64,000 nt of DNA from Sphagnum compactum. Taxonomy: Eukaryota. The notes below the pieces were generated by a model. The model was not told the origin of the DNA, made no database searches, and was given only the letters and a program-made list of their open reading frames with translations. A program made the position numbers and the translations under genes. Below are positions 25,999 to 40,659 of this stretch, piece by piece (the first letter of the stretch is position 1; each line of letters begins with the position of its first letter). The DNA is taken from assembly GCA_965153455.1 (NCBI GenBank), contig OZ234493.1, forward strand, positions 25,162,213-25,226,212, written 5' to 3'.

Positions 25999-27104
25999 CA
26001 TTGTCAATGAATGTGCATCTTGTCATGAAGGCATGAATGTCACACTCCAAATAACTGTTCTTTGGAACAATGATTGTGAGTAATGGTGTTTGGATTATTC
26101 ATCACTGTCAAGGGTTTCAGTGTTCATGTGAGTCTATACTGTACCATTTGGTTTCTTTAGAAATTGATTTGAGGTGTAGGATTTTTGCATGCAGAGAGAC
26201 TGTAGCATGATGTTCTCAAGACTTGTATAGCCACATTTGTCTACTAGGAGTTGATGAACAGTTTTTCCAAACCATAGGCCAAAAGATGTGTTTCCATGGT
26301 GAGCGAACCGTTTGTTAAATTTTCAAGACTCAACAAATTTAGTGCTATGATATATGATTATTATATAATAAAGTGAGCATCGGGATGTTGCTATCCTGCT
26401 GCACAGGAAGAAGGCCTTTCAGTCACCCAAGCTTCAGCTGGCAGCTGCCATGTACTATACAGGACTTTTACATGTGCATAAATCTCTGGAAAAAGTCTTA
26501 TGTTTGAAGCAAGGGTGTGATTGAGACTCAAAAAAGAGAATAATACCCTGTGAGGCTTGATAGGAAATTTCTTCTTGTTCCTGAAGCCTCAATTCAATGG
26601 ATGAGCAAAAAAGGCACAATTGGTTTTGGGGAATGTCTTAAGATGGGTAACATTACCAATGTGTGGTTCTGTAGCTCTGTGCAAATATACCTGAAGATCG
26701 TAGCAGCAAATTGGGTGGAATTAGATCTGCACTAGTGATGAGATCTTAAGATGAAAGACAACTCTAACACCAAAGTGCTAATGGAAAAAGTGATGACACA
26801 GTGATGACAGTGTGCTCCTGTGTCTGAGCTCAAAGAATGCACTTTGCATTCAGAATTTGATCAAAACTTAGTCCAATGATGTCAATAAGGGGTTGACCTC
26901 ATCTTGCCTGCATTCTATTGAAATGAAAATAACAATTCACATACTCATGAGGGCATTCAATTGGATACATAAACAAAAACCAAAGTCTATCTACAATTAT
27001 ATGTTGTCCATTGTGAAGTTTGTTATATCAAAATTCCCAACTTCTCAAACCTTCTGAATACTATATATGTGCTTTGGTTGCCAACTTCAGGACGCCCATG
27101 AAAT

Positions 27105-27290
27105 CCATAAATTTCATATCATCAGATCTGGTGAGAAATAAATCCATGAATTTCATATCATCAAATCCGGTGAGAACAAGTCCATGAATTTCATATCATT
27201 GGATCTGGTGAGAACAAGTCCATGAATTTCATATCATTGGATTTGGTGAGAACAAGTCCATGAATTTCATATCATTGGATTTGGTGGGAA
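27105..27290. repeat. 38-bp minisatellite, ~5 copies
   Basis: CCATGAATTTCATATCATTGGATCTGGTGAGAACAAGT repeated at ~27105, 27144, 27182, 27220 and 27258. Confidence 0.9.
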
Positions 27291-27403
27291 TCGGATGGAA
27301 AAATGTGTTGGGCAGGTTTACAATTCCCAATCAAGTCCCAAATTGGGAGATTTTATTAATACCTGTTTTGGTACATGCAATGCCAAGAAGGGTTGGTTCT
27401 TTC

Positions 27404-27883
27404 TTATTGTTTCATGGGGAAGAAAGCTTGAAGAGGGAAAGATTGCACAAACCCTTTGCAATCCTTGAAATGAATTTTGCCAAATGTTGTATCATTATCT
27501 ACCCACAACTCTCTATAATTTACAGATAAATATAGAGTTTTGTGGACAATGGGTTTCATTTTCCAACCATTCAAATCCAAAATCTTGCCTTTCTGAATCC
27601 TGCCTGACATTTGCTCCCCACAAAACACCATTGAGTTTGCACTTTGAAACTCTTGTTCACATCGGGTTTTCAACTGCAACCACCACCTGCCTGAGCTCCT
27701 ATCAAAACCAAATTCTTCAACACACCGTAGTGGAAACATACCTGGAGGAAAGCCAAATTCCTCTAACAGTAACAAGAATTTTGGAAGTGCTGCAGGCCCC
27801 TTGATCACATCCTGCTCTTGTATAATACCATTTGCAAGCTCTGATGTAGGAGGAGGAGGAGGAGACCCTAAGTCGTCTGCCAT
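27404..27883 (-). CDS. DUF538-family protein (~159 aa; start could lie further upstream at 28093)
   Basis: LLEEFGFPPGMFPLRCVEEFGFDRSSGRWWLQLKTRCEQEF..SGRIQKGKILDLNGWKMK..ELWVD..GKIHFK..SFPLQAF matches the DUF538 pattern (LLxExGLPxGLLP..G+I..L.G+K.K..SFP..AF). Confidence 0.8.
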   Translation of the reverse strand: MADDLGSPPPPPTSELANGIIQEQDVIKGPAALPKFLLLLEEFGFPPGMFPLRCVEEFGFDRSSGRWWLQLKTRCEQEFQSANSMVFCGEQMSGRIQKGKILDLNGWKMKPIVHKTLYLSVNYRELWVDNDTTFGKIHFKDCKGFVQSFPLQAFFPMKQ

Positions 27884-28362
27884 TATTGTCTCATGTGGTC
27901 TTCCTGTACTACCTTGAAGAATACATTGAGGCTGAAGAGGCCACAATGATTTGCAACTTGTATGACTGGAAAATTTTGCAATGTCTGTTGCTTGTGTTAT
28001 ATTGTGATTGTTGCACCAATTTGGGTGCAACAGGGAGATGCAATGGAAATCATTGCAACATCTTTTCTCTTTGTTACTTGCAACTGTATCCATGTGTGAT
28101 CCCACTCTCCTTGTGCAAGGAAGGCAACAAATCAACCGACTTGACAACAAAGAAGCTTTGGTGCTGCACCCAAAACCATGTTTTGCTACCACCTCTCAGC
28201 ACCAGTACCCATATACATTTGTCCCCACAATAGTCACACTGTCACCAGATCTACAAGGACTCTAGATCTAGAACCAACAACAGCTTTTATGATCTCCAGT
28301 TTGCCTAAACCCTAATGGTGCATGCCACCATCTGATCTTCTCCCAAGTGCTCCTGCTTGCAC

Positions 28363-28690
28363 TTCCATGCATCCTTGAACAATAGCTTGATGGAACAACT
28401 TAGTCTTAGTGCAGGTCTAGAATTCTTGTAATAATTTTTTTCCATTTCCAGCTTGATGATGTACTTGTTTCCATGCATCCTTGGACAATAGCTTGATGGA
28501 TCAAAGTCTCGGTGCAGATCTAGAATTCTTTGAATAATTTTTTTTTCCATTTCCAGCTTGATGATGCACTTACTTGTTTCCATGCATCCTCTGACAATAG
28601 CTTGATGGATCAAAGTCTTGGTGCAGGTCTAGAATTCTTGTAATAAATTTTGTCCATTTCCAGCTTAACAATGCACCGTTTCCATGCATC
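28363..28690. repeat. Tandem repeat, ~105-bp unit x3 plus a partial unit
   Basis: TTCCATGCATCC..ACAATAGCTTGATGGA..TCTAGAATTCTT..TCCATTTCCAGCTT at ~28363, 28469, 28578 and 28680. Confidence 0.88.
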
Positions 28691-31270
28691 TTTGCCTTCC
28701 TTGTACTCAGGTTTCTTGCTATATGGATCTCAAAATCTCAAGCAAAGCTTATAGAAGGTGAGAAAAAAATTGCTTAAAACACCAACGGTGCAATTCTGTA
28801 TTGTAATTTGGTTGGTATTGTAGTGCAATTGCATTGTAATTTGGTGTATATGCTTCACTCAACATGTTTGTCAACACTTTTTTCTTTTTTTTTGGTGTGC
28901 TTTATGCCCCATTCTTCAGTTTCAAATTCTCTTTTGGACTTTCCATCCAGAGAATAATTGTGTTGTCTTCATGGATTGATTCAAGTTGGTGGTATCAAAT
29001 TTGATAGAGACACAAAGATCACTTTACTTCTTGTTCATCATTTGGTACCTGCCTCTGTGTTTTTGTTTCATAGCTCCAGATCTTCCCAATTTTCTATCTT
29101 GCTGTCTTTCCATTCTTGGAAAATTTGGCAGAATTCAATTATTAGGAAATCCAGATGAAAACAACTTTGTTTTTTTCCCCCCAACTCGCCATCTTGAGAA
29201 TTATTTAGCATCAAACATGTGTGACAGGTATGATAATCCAGATTAAGAGACCATAACAACAACAAACAAAAGGTGCATTGCTCTTGAGTTCAACCCTTGC
29301 AAGCTTCAATATGTAATCTGGTATGATTTTTGATCGTGGGTCATGGAAATATCAAGCTCATCTTGAAGTGGTTGGAGCTGATGATAAAATGCCACTTTCT
29401 GATTTTCTTCCTCAGTAAATGGAGCCAGATCTGATGCAGGTATGGGGAAAGACATGAAACAACAATGTTAACTTAGAGCTACAAGTTGAAATATATGAAT
29501 GACTCAAGTCTTGTGATGGCAATAGAATATGTTGCAACTTGAAACCAGTGTGTTGGAAGGTCCTTGACTTTTAAGGATAAACTCTGGTTCCAGTTTTCCC
29601 ATTCAACACAGAGAATGCTTCCAGGTCCAGTTGGGTTTTTTGAAAATGTAAAAGACTTGGTTGGATGGCGTTTCCATTTTATAACCAAACTCAGGGCCAG
29701 TTCCAAATCTGGTTTGGTTATTTCAAAAGGTCAAAGTGCCATCTGGTTTGGGTCTGGGTTCTCAATTGTGGGGTGTGGATCCAGATCCATTTGTTTGAAG
29801 AAACTTTGCCCAATTCCTAGTGAACAATTTGAATAGGTTATGGTTAGTTCTTGGTTAGGTTGGAATTGGGTAAACTAGATTAATTTTGCCTTTGCAGAAT
29901 CAAACATGCCCAAAAGAAAAGGGGATGATTTTATTGCCAGAAAGCGTTGCAATGTAAACAATATGTAGATTGACACCTGAAGGCTAGGATGAGAGCCAAC
30001 ACTCAACATTTGAAAAATACTATAGTTGAAGAATACAATGAGAAGTAGCACCAATTCAATAGTAAAATGGTCTTGGATCTTGAACACCAACTTTTCCAAG
30101 GTCCAAGTCCGAGCAACAAATCTTCAAGATTAGAGTTGAATCTACAATCATCACATGCTTTTCAAAATCCAAAACCCACCAAAAATCCAAATTTGAGTAG
30201 GTCATCTTGGATTAGACCATCCTTCACTTAGCAAAATTTGTTTTCACACTCATTTTTCTCTTTCATGATATTTCTTCTATATCAATGTATTTGAACTTTG
30301 AACCATTCATTCCCTTTCTCTTGTGAATTTCAAAAAACTACACAACTTAAGACTTTGACTAACATTTATATCCATTCAACAATAAATGACAACTTGATGC
30401 ATTTTACTTTCAATCTTTCAATTTGCAATCTCTTGGCTTTCAAGTTTTGTGACAACACTTAGCACTAATGTGACAAACTCTACATTTCCTCAATTGTCTC
30501 ATCATTTCTAGATGCTCAACTTCAACTAATGTACAACTTAACAACAAAGAATCACAATCTTCCTTGTAACTACATGCCCTCACATCATAGAGTCCCATTG
30601 TTTTGCCAACAATGACCATAGCCCACCACTAATTGATATGGAAGATAAATATGGCTTCAAAGGACTAGGAACACAACCAACAAAGGTTGATGCGATGGTA
30701 GAAACACAACAATCTAAGTCTATTAATTTGATGGTAATGCTAACCATTGCATGGACTTAGGGGTTTCAAGAACTTCAACATGATGAACATCCTCCATCTC
30801 TTAAAAAATTACAAAAATAAACATAAACAAGACCTCCTAATAACGTAACAAAAGAAAACGCAAAGACAAAGCAAACAAAAACGACAAGCACAAAACAAAA
30901 TAAACATAGAGAGAAAATATATCTTAGGTTTGAAGCACAACGGGCCTTTGTTGTGCTTGGTGAGCCAAAATGTGATGAACAAGGTGAGCAACAAAACATT
31001 GAAAGGTCACACACATAAAAAAACACATGTTGCAAACCCAAAATGAAAAAAACACACAATAAACAAAACACAATGGAGCAAAAAGATGAAACACATGGTG
31101 GTACTGATGGAGTTGTTACATAGCCAACAAAATGTGATGTGACAAAGTTGTTAAAATAATGAACTGATGATGGTGGAATCATTGAACAACATACACAAAA
31201 CAATTGAACAAAAAAATGAAGCTAAAAAGTGATGATGACAAAGCCTCTACGTAATAAATACAACACATAA

Positions 31271-31571
31271 TATCATAAACTTAGCATCTCACGATTTAGT
31301 AATGGAATCCATCAAAAAAAATTCATTCATAATTTGTACATTTCACACACTAAATTTGTGCATTGAAAACACATTTGAAACAAGAATTTATTGGAAGATG
31401 CAAAATTCGTGTGACATTCATTCATTCACAAGGTCATACTTCATTCATCAACACATTTATCTATGTGTCAAACACATTTTCAACATATGATATTCGTGCA
31501 TAAAATGTACACACCTATGAATGAACGAATTTCAAAAGATTTTTATGTGACAACATGCTAAATTTGTGATG
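31271..31571. mobile_element. Foldback element/MITE with long degenerate TIRs
   Basis: ATCATAAACTTAGCAT pairs with ATGCTAAATTTGTGAT, and TTCATTCATA..TGTACATTT pairs with AAATGTACA..TATGAATGAA. Shares CATCTCACGATTTA-TAAT with the 18.4-kb foldback. Confidence 0.6.
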
Positions 31572-34500
31572 AATACATTGTTAAAAATTTGATTGAAGAC
31601 ATTTTTGAATTCAAATTTACAAAAATTATAAGTCAATTTAAACAAAAAGAGGTTTTTTGATTTATTCATAACATATTTCTAATTAATTTTTTAAAACCCT
31701 TTAAATTAATTATTTCTGAAATTATAATTATTTGATGAATACATTATTGAATAAACTTCAAGATCATGTTTTCATTTATAACATTTGAATAAATTTTGAA
31801 AAACAAAATGTATGTTGAAATTTGAATTTTTTAAGCAATTTCATGCTAAACACAATCAACAATATTATATATATATATATATATATTGAAGTTTTGAAAT
31901 GATTTGGTGGTTAAGACCTTGGTGTATTTCTATGAAGTCTTGGGTTTAAACCTCAATGAATGTGTGCATTAATGTACATAATGTATATATACATTGATGT
32001 ATCATGTATAAATGTAATATACATGTACATATGGTGGTAATGAATGGTGCCAAAACATTTTGTTAAAAAAATCCAAATTTTTTAAAATATATATTTTATT
32101 TTTCAAGGTTTTTTTTCATAGCATGCCATGAAAAATAAATGCATGACTCCATGACCCAAAAAATCATTTGTATGATGACATGGCACTATGGTCCATGTCA
32201 TATTATCTTGGGACTTCATAATATCCTTATTAGAAACTTTTAATTAGAATTTACATAATGCAACCTGTGGCAATCCAAAATAATTAAATTCATTAAAAAT
32301 GTTATAATCAATTAGTCCTTTCTTCCCAAAACCAAACAAGTTACATATTAGTCAATTTTTATCCCATTTCATGAAAAACCTAATGAATTTGAATAGTTAC
32401 AAAACTTATGATTCCTTCTTGTGTCAATAGGAATTATAATGTGGAGTTATAAATCTTATGTATCAAATGTGATAACAACCATTTTAAGACCCAAATTTAT
32501 AATTATATACATTTTGATTTTTACAAAGTGATAATGGATAAACATATGTAAAGGCCAAAAATGGTGGATGAAGCTATGAAATGTCATCATAAACCTTAAA
32601 CTAGAATTTGATATTTGGAAAAATGTTACTATCATTTTATGACCTAGATTTCATAGAACTAAAACATGTAAATGTCACAAGTGGCCTACATCTTTTCTTT
32701 TTGTACATGTATGGTTTTTTTTCATGGTCCACATCGTCTTCCCCTTCTTGCTAGTTGTTATGTGTGTTCATGTGTGCAAGTTTGTGCATATAAATATTAA
32801 AAACATCTCCACTGCATAACATTAAAATGAGCCTTTAAAGTTTACGTAAATTAATTTAATGTTTAGTGTTCACTCATCCCTATCCATTTATACATGGAAA
32901 AATCTATTATAAAAACTAAGAGATTATTTAGATATCTCTAGTTGGGCCAATCATAATCACCAATCAATCCACAATAATCAATTAAACTTGAAGGTGTTCT
33001 TTTTTTGTGACATTATCATGACATTATATGTTGCACAACAATGGGTTTCACACTATTGTATTGCATGTTTCATCCAAATTGTAGTATAAAGGCATGTTTT
33101 TTACAATGTGATGGAGATGTTATAAGGTTTTACTGTTTTGTTGCATATTTGTCAACTTGTTTGGTATATCATGTCTTTGCATTGCTCTTTTTTACTTTGA
33201 ATCCCCACCTTATGATCACTTTTTTGGTTCCTCATTTTTTGTGTCAATTTTGTTTTGACCCCATTGCCTCTCACCCCCGCCCCGACCCCCTTGACCTTAT
33301 TTACTTTTGTTACATAGTTACATATTATATGTGTGTGCAAATTAATTAATTATGTTACAATGTTTGTGAAAATTCACCTCAATTAACAATTTTGTTGTGT
33401 GTGGTTGGAGCAAAGGCCATTTTCCCCTTGTCATGGCATCCTTTTGCTTACTATATTATTTTCAAATTGATATTTGTTCTAAACCTTACTTATGGCCTTG
33501 TTGGAAACTACACAAACCTCATCCCCACCCCCATGCCCACTTTTTCAAAGTTATGTTCCATAATGCACGATGTCTTTTATTCCTCTTCATTGCCAATGTA
33601 ATGTATTCATTGAGTTCAATGTTCTTAGACCTTGTTAGTTTTACAAATGACACAATTACATGTTATATCATGTTTTTCCTTGATGATTCATCTTGCTTAA
33701 CAAGGTTATCTAAAATATATGTCCTATTTTTCTCCCCTTTCTTAATCACATGCTCTTTTTGATTGTTTTGTTGCACCTTTGGTACTTTCTTCCTTAAATT
33801 TTGAATGGATGCAATCATAATCAAATGAACGAAAATAGATACTGAATGAAATGAAAGGTTTACAATACAATTAGATTTAAGTGTACATGTTTCTTTATAT
33901 TTGTGCACATTTTATATGGTATCTTCTTTTTAAAAATTCTATATTAATGTGTAATTGACTTAGAATAAACTTTCTTTTAAGTTTAATTCTACTTAAGTAT
34001 AATGTACTACTTACCTAGATCAAGTTTTCTAATAAACACATTGAACTAATGTATTTCAAACAAAAATTGGGTTTTTTACAATGTGGGTATTAACTTGGAA
34101 ATAATGAAAAACACCCATCTTAATATTTTGTGGACTAGATTTTTCATTAAAAAACATAATTTCTCATTGAATATTTTTTCAAACATGATTTTTGATATGA
34201 TAATCAGCTTTGATGTTTGCAATGTATGAAGAAGAAATGTCATCTTTAATGTATACAAAGGCATTTGCATATTGTAAATGATAAGTAATGTTCCTACTTC
34301 CACAAGTATAAAAATGTCATTTAGTGACGTGTAATTAGATCATAGTATTTCAAATAGATGTAGGACTTTGTGGGGTTTTAAACCTTCAAATGTAAAAGAA
34401 ATCTATCCAATAATTTATATATATATTGCAAACTATGCATGTTCAAATGTTATGCTAGAATAAAACCATGCATGGAACAAAGTTGAAAGGTGAGAAAAAT

Positions 34501-37500
34501 GGTGTGAAATAATCCTCCCACCTTACACAAAGGATAGTTTACATTTCCAAATTGGATGGAGGATAGTTTGGGCATGCCATGTCACATTTTTGTATAGAAT
34601 TAAATAGGATTGAAAGGATTGGAATATTTAAAACCAAATAAAGTTCTGGTTTGTTTAATTTTAATTGCAATCATACATGTTGTCATAAGCGAACCAAACT
34701 ACGGATGTAATGTGTTTTAATTTTGCAAAACTAAAGCCTATAAACCTATTAAAACGGGCCAAAAAATGTGATGATGATTTGAATTGAAGTTGATCGAACA
34801 TTTTTTATTTTAAACCACATATTCTTGATGGCCTAACCATTTGATAAATGGGCTAAAAATGCTTGCAAAGGTAACAAAGACGGATAAATGGAACACAAAG
34901 GCATTGTTCAATGTCAATTACATGAATTATGTGAAATATTTTTTTGTCAAGAGCATGAAAATGACCATGACCAAAAGAATTTCAATCTGCACAAGGCATA
35001 CATGACAAACTACAACTATAGAAGTTTAAACTTAAATTCAACCATACACACAAGGGTGATCTTTCAAGCAAAGGCACATATTATAAGGAAATACACAAAC
35101 ATAATTTTATTAATTATTTAAAAAAAAAGAAACATGAAACAAGGTAAACAAGACTATGGTGCAAGGTCATATTTCAAATTGCTATTAATGGGATTGAAAG
35201 TAATTGTTGACATTACCTTTATGTATATCTATTTGGAAAGTTAGTTCAACAAAGTTTGTGTAAAATTTTACATAAGGTCCACCACTTAATGAAGTCATTT
35301 TTTTTAACTTTTTAAAATCATAGATAAATATGGACATTGGTAAATGCATTTCATCCATTAAATACCAAAAATTTTAAAAGTGAATGAATTCATCCATTCG
35401 TTAAAAATTAATGATGATGGATGGATTTTATCCATGAAACAATACTAAAGTCATCTATCCATTATGGATGAAAGAATAGTTGCAAGCTAGAGTGGACCTA
35501 TATGGACATAACATGACAATCACCATTAATGTTAGGGTTCCCCACTAATGTACCTATAACCTAGGATCTTAGTTAAAACCCTACTAGCACATAAGCAATT
35601 TGCACAAAAAATGTTGACACAACACCCATAGATTGTAAAAAACATTTGAATTATGCAATAGATGAAATTTACATGGTTCGAGTCTAGGATCACCCAAGTT
35701 TATTGCAACATAGGTTCATTGCATAAAAGGCTTATCTCAAGGTTTAACACAAAAGTAACAACATGAAATCACGAAAGGGAAAATGTGATTTTGAAACTCC
35801 ACTCACAACCCCTTATATACTTGCAAAGAATAATGGATGGAATTATCAACCCCATTCATTTACATTTACACGTGAGTGAAAAGACTTTCATTTGCAATCA
35901 ATCGTTTATAACTAAAACTATCGTTTGTGATTGTTATAGTTCCAAATGACAATTGCAAACGACATGTTTTAGTCACAAGTGATAGTTTTAATTGCAAACA
36001 ATTGGTTGCAAACAATAGTTTCCCCACAAGTGGTATTAGTTTTTGAAAATTATTATCCTTCATATGAAGAAGTCAACTCACAGAATTCACTTTCAATTAT
36101 GTTTAATGCACAATAATTAGTTAAATTATTCATGAATCCAAATCTATGTCCCTAATCAAAGATTCTCAAAATAAGATCTATAAGTCAAGTCATTTATTTC
36201 CATTTTTACTCATCCATCTATCCATATCCCACAATTTTTAACCCTAGGAACCCCTCTTGGTGTTATAAACCTACTTTAGAAATTGGGGGGGGGGGTACCC
36301 TAGTTGAAGTTGGGGGATGTCATTTGTAACATTTTTAAAAAAAAATTACAACTTGCCAACATCCCCATCTTTCATTGTCCTGCCTTGTTTGTATTATCAA
36401 CATGTGAAGCAAAATTTGCACTTGAATGATGCACATGCATTTTCACCATAAACATAATATGAATTTAACAATGATGTTTAAGCTATTAAGGACATGATTG
36501 AGTTACTAACATGAGGTGATGCTCAAAGTATATTTGATTTTATTATGATGATGCAATCATGTTGGATATGTAGCTCATATAATCAACCCTAAACATTTCA
36601 TAGGAAAATTGTAATCAATAATCAGTTCTAGATTGTTGTGGTTTTAAGATTTTTGAGGAGGAATTTTTTTTCCATACCACAATGACAAAGGGTTCATCCA
36701 AAAAATGCTGTTGGGTTCATCCAAAAAGTGATCTTAGTGGCCTTTTTCATTAGCCATTGGAGATGCTCTTATACATAATAGACTAAAGTAGCATTAATCA
36801 AAATCTACACATGCTTTTGTTTCCCTTGAAATCATTTTGAAGGCCTACCCGCCCCCCCTTTACAAAATCATTACAAAGTGCCTCTCCCTTTAAATGATCT
36901 CAATCAAGTACTTGTAGATAAGTGACAAGCAAGATAGAATATGATTTTCCAATAACCGTAATGCACTGCCAAAACTTGACAATGTATTTGGAGAGCGGAT
37001 TCTAAAGCAGAATTTGACAACCCCTACTTTGTTTGTCGGTGCCTTCCACTTTCAAGAGGGCCATTGAATAGTGTAAACCTAATTTTTTTGGACATCTGCA
37101 TTGTGTTCGGTTAAGCCCTTTGGTCGGTTGAAGGCATTACCAGAAGTGGGCCCATGCTCGGCTCCTGGCTTCTTGCATTAGCCCTTCTTCTTCTTCTCCT
37201 AATGCCCTCCTCACCTAGGGCCCCCTCGCATAGTAGGGCCTTACCCTACTCCTAAAAAGAATCAACTCAAAATTGTAGGGTCCCCTATCATCATCAGAGG
37301 CCTCTTTTTTGGGGGCCTCATTTAGGTGCAGGTATTTTAAAGGACAATTTGTAGACTTGGGTGAAAAATGGTGTTACAGACCCCCCCCCCAAAATCAACC
37401 TAGAAGATTCCAGAAGATTTTGTTCTCAAAGTTTGAAAGGAGGTTCCCAAAGTTAAACAGGAGGTTCCCAATGTTGAACAAGTTCAAATCTTGAGTTTTC

Positions 37501-38698
37501 AGCTGAAATAGCTAGTGCAGAATATTTTATTTATTTATTTATTTATTTTCTCCACAACTTTGGTGATTACCTTAGTCCCTTGGTTGGCCAGTTCGACACT
37601 AATTATATTATTTTCAGAAACGTTGAAAATTTCAAATTTTAATTTCTTCCAATGCACAAAATAATATTGTGAAGGAAAAATATTGTGGATATTTAGGAAT
37701 ATTCCACTTGTTGAAATGAATGTTTCAAAATTAATTAATTAATTAATTAATTAGTCGACGGACATGTGTTGAAATGGCCAAGGTACTACGTGGTATTTAT
37801 TGCCTAACCTTAGTCACTAGTATAATAGTATTTGGCATCATCCTTCAGACTATGTATGTATGTATCTTTTCCTTCTCTCCACCAATGGGCTTTCTCACCA
37901 TGATCAATCTTCAACACACACTTTCCTAAAAAACAAATTTAGGTTAGGTACATACCGAAAGGGGGGGTGTGTGTGGGGGGCGAGTACCCTTCACATTTTT
38001 AGCCACATTGCTATGAAACCCAATAGAGAAACCTGGCAATTTATTTATTTATTTATTTTGTAATTTTGGCAACTAGAAAACCTAAAATAAAATAAAATAA
38101 AATTAGCCACATATTTTGAGCCACTTTGAAAAAGAATTTAGCCACACACGAAAAAATAAAATAAAATTCTGACCTCTACTAGGTAGTACCATGGAAAAAG
38201 CTAGAATCCCCAAAGTTCAACCGATTAACCAACGGATATTACCCCTGGCCCACCCCCCCCCTGAGCCCCAACACTTTTGATTTCCCATTAAACACAAGAC
38301 AATCATCCAGAGGAACGTGTGGGTTCCGTTCCCATGTGACTTTCGATATACGTGGCTTCTTTTCCTTGGCCAAATGACTTTCGTTAATTGATTGATATCA
38401 ACCAATCGCGTGGCTGCAAATGACGTTATGGCCCATCATGGTGGCCACGGTGGGTCATGATGGGTTACCCCATCTAAATCACTAACTACTTTAGGTCATG
38501 ACGCAATAGAACCAAACTTATTTTATTGTACCCACCAATAATAATCCAGATTCCGCCATTTGTGTGGATTTCACTTTTTTTTTAATAACAAAAGGGGTCT
38601 GACCAGATTTTTAATTTTTTTAAAGCTCTTGTATTTTTAGTTTAGATGGATAGTATACATGTACCAAAATAATAATAATAATAATCTCGCTTATATTA

Positions 38699-39088
38699 GG
38701 GCCACAGTGAACCAGCCCCCACCAGTGCAGCACGAAGGATGGATGGTAAGTGGTCAGGAAGCAGTTTTCTGTTGGGTTCCAGATCCCTAGCTAACCATGG
38801 TGGTTAGCTTAGTTGCTTTTTTTTTTTCTACTACCTATCTACTAACAACCCACAAGCAGGCTTTTAGTTGGTAGGTAGTAAAAACAGCCCTTGCCTATGT
38901 ATAAACCATTTACTTACCTAGTAATTACCTATTTTCCACAGGTATTTTCCTATATATGGTACATATTTTTTACAAAATTGGTTACCAAGGTGAAACCAAA
39001 TATTAACTCAGTTGAGGGTCATCCATAACTGCGTAATAGCAAGCGTCCAGTGGATGGTGCGATGGTGGGCACTGGTTCATTGTGGCCA
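38699..39088. mobile_element. MITE (~390 bp, ~30-bp TIRs; PIF/Harbinger-Tourist-like)
   Basis: Left GGCCACAGTGAACCAGCCCCCACCA matches the reverse complement of the right end, GGCCACAATGAACCAGTGCCCACCA; TTA on the left flank and an AT-rich right flank. Confidence 0.8.
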
Positions 39089-40659
39089 TATATTAACAAT
39101 ATGGGGCTAAGGTTAAAATTTTGAGGTTGCACAAATATGCTAATAATGCTTACAATTTCAATAAATTTGGTTACAACATAATACTATAAAGAAGTTCAAA
39201 ACTGGCAAAAAGAACTTGAGTTGCAAAAACTTGTGTTGATTACATTCATCAAAATTACACAAACATTTGGCAAAAGGTCCTTCACGTTGAACAACATTCG
39301 TGGTACATAAATTAAAAAACGCTGAAGCAAATTTGTAACGTGTACATGGTCTCTTAAATTTTAGCCTTAGTGTTGTCAATCATTTTGTTCAAAAAGGATG
39401 CGACTTTGAAAAACACGACCCAAAACAATTTCTTCAACAACATATATAGTGGGCAATATGAACATCCAAACAAGTCTCAACTTTTAAGACATCAAGTTAC
39501 AAAAAAAATAAAAACAACTCGACATTTGTAAGTGATCCTAGATATTCAACATTTTTAACCATTCAATTACAATGTATGCATTTTTGAAACTACATGCTTG
39601 AGACATCAAAAGACCCAAGGTCCCCATAATCTTTCATAAACAGATATGCTATGAATGACCAACACAAAAGAGCCTTCCAAATCTTTAAAAAAATTAAGCA
39701 CACAAAAAAAGAAGAATAACTAACCCATAAAAAAAGCTTTCTACATCTGAAAAAAAAGTAATGCAAATGCTTGTGATGAAACATGGATGTGTGTATATTG
39801 AGGGCTAGTGATCCTCACTATCAAAAAGAAACAATCTAGCAATAAACTTAAATGTTTTGGTCCAAATGCAACCTTGTGACAAATGATAGATCTCATTAGT
39901 TTTACTTGGTTATAGACTCCATCTATCAAATAACATAACATAGAGGATATCATTGCCAACACCATTTGGTTTTGAAGTTAATTTTTTGTACTTAAACTTT
40001 CTTTTTACAATAGGTCTTTAGTTAGGCATGGATTTTTGGAGCAATTTGGTTTATTTAACCCATAAAAAAACCCTTGGTTTGACATCCCCAATTTTAATAT
40101 TTTACAAATTTGATACAATAATCAAGATAAGCGCAAAAGGTGCACAATTCCCTTATGTTTTGGTAATATAGTGTACACAATTTTGTAAATTTTCTATAAA
40201 AAATTCAAGGTCTCTCCTTCTCGTAATTTCAACAATGTTTAACATGTGTGCTTTTAGTTAAAGTTTTCTTAGGCTTTGCTCTTTGTTTTTTTTCTTGGGG
40301 CAATTATCATGTTGTTGGTTGTTTATGTTTTAGCACGGGTGGGGATTTTATGGTAATCTAGTGGCAAGGATAGTCAGTAGTTAACACAAGGTTGAAAGTT
40401 TGATTCTTTAGTTTTTCAAGAGTGCATAACTTTGGTTTTTGTGAATTGCTTCACACTACTAACAATAATGAAATGATGGCAAAAGTGAGTTGATTGTGTA
40501 GAAAATTAAGTTCCATTTGAATGAAAATATTGAATGACAATGCATGCAACTTGAACATTAACCCTACCAAATTTAGAAGAGAAAAATGTTGTGTTCAATT
40601 CAATTCAATTCAATTTAGAAATTTGAATTGAATTGAATCTAAATTCAATTCATGCTAAA

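Noticed and set aside
27884-28192. N-terminal 100-aa extension of the DUF538 ORF
   Set aside because: It starts at a non-ATG codon and has no domain features; an acceptor-like TACAG lies just upstream of the ATG at 27883, so it is more likely UTR/intron. Not fully excluded.
30400-31210. A-rich ORF-like stretch and minus-strand Cys/Phe-rich ORF
   Set aside because: Compositional bias only; no motif recognised. Possibly a decayed TE.
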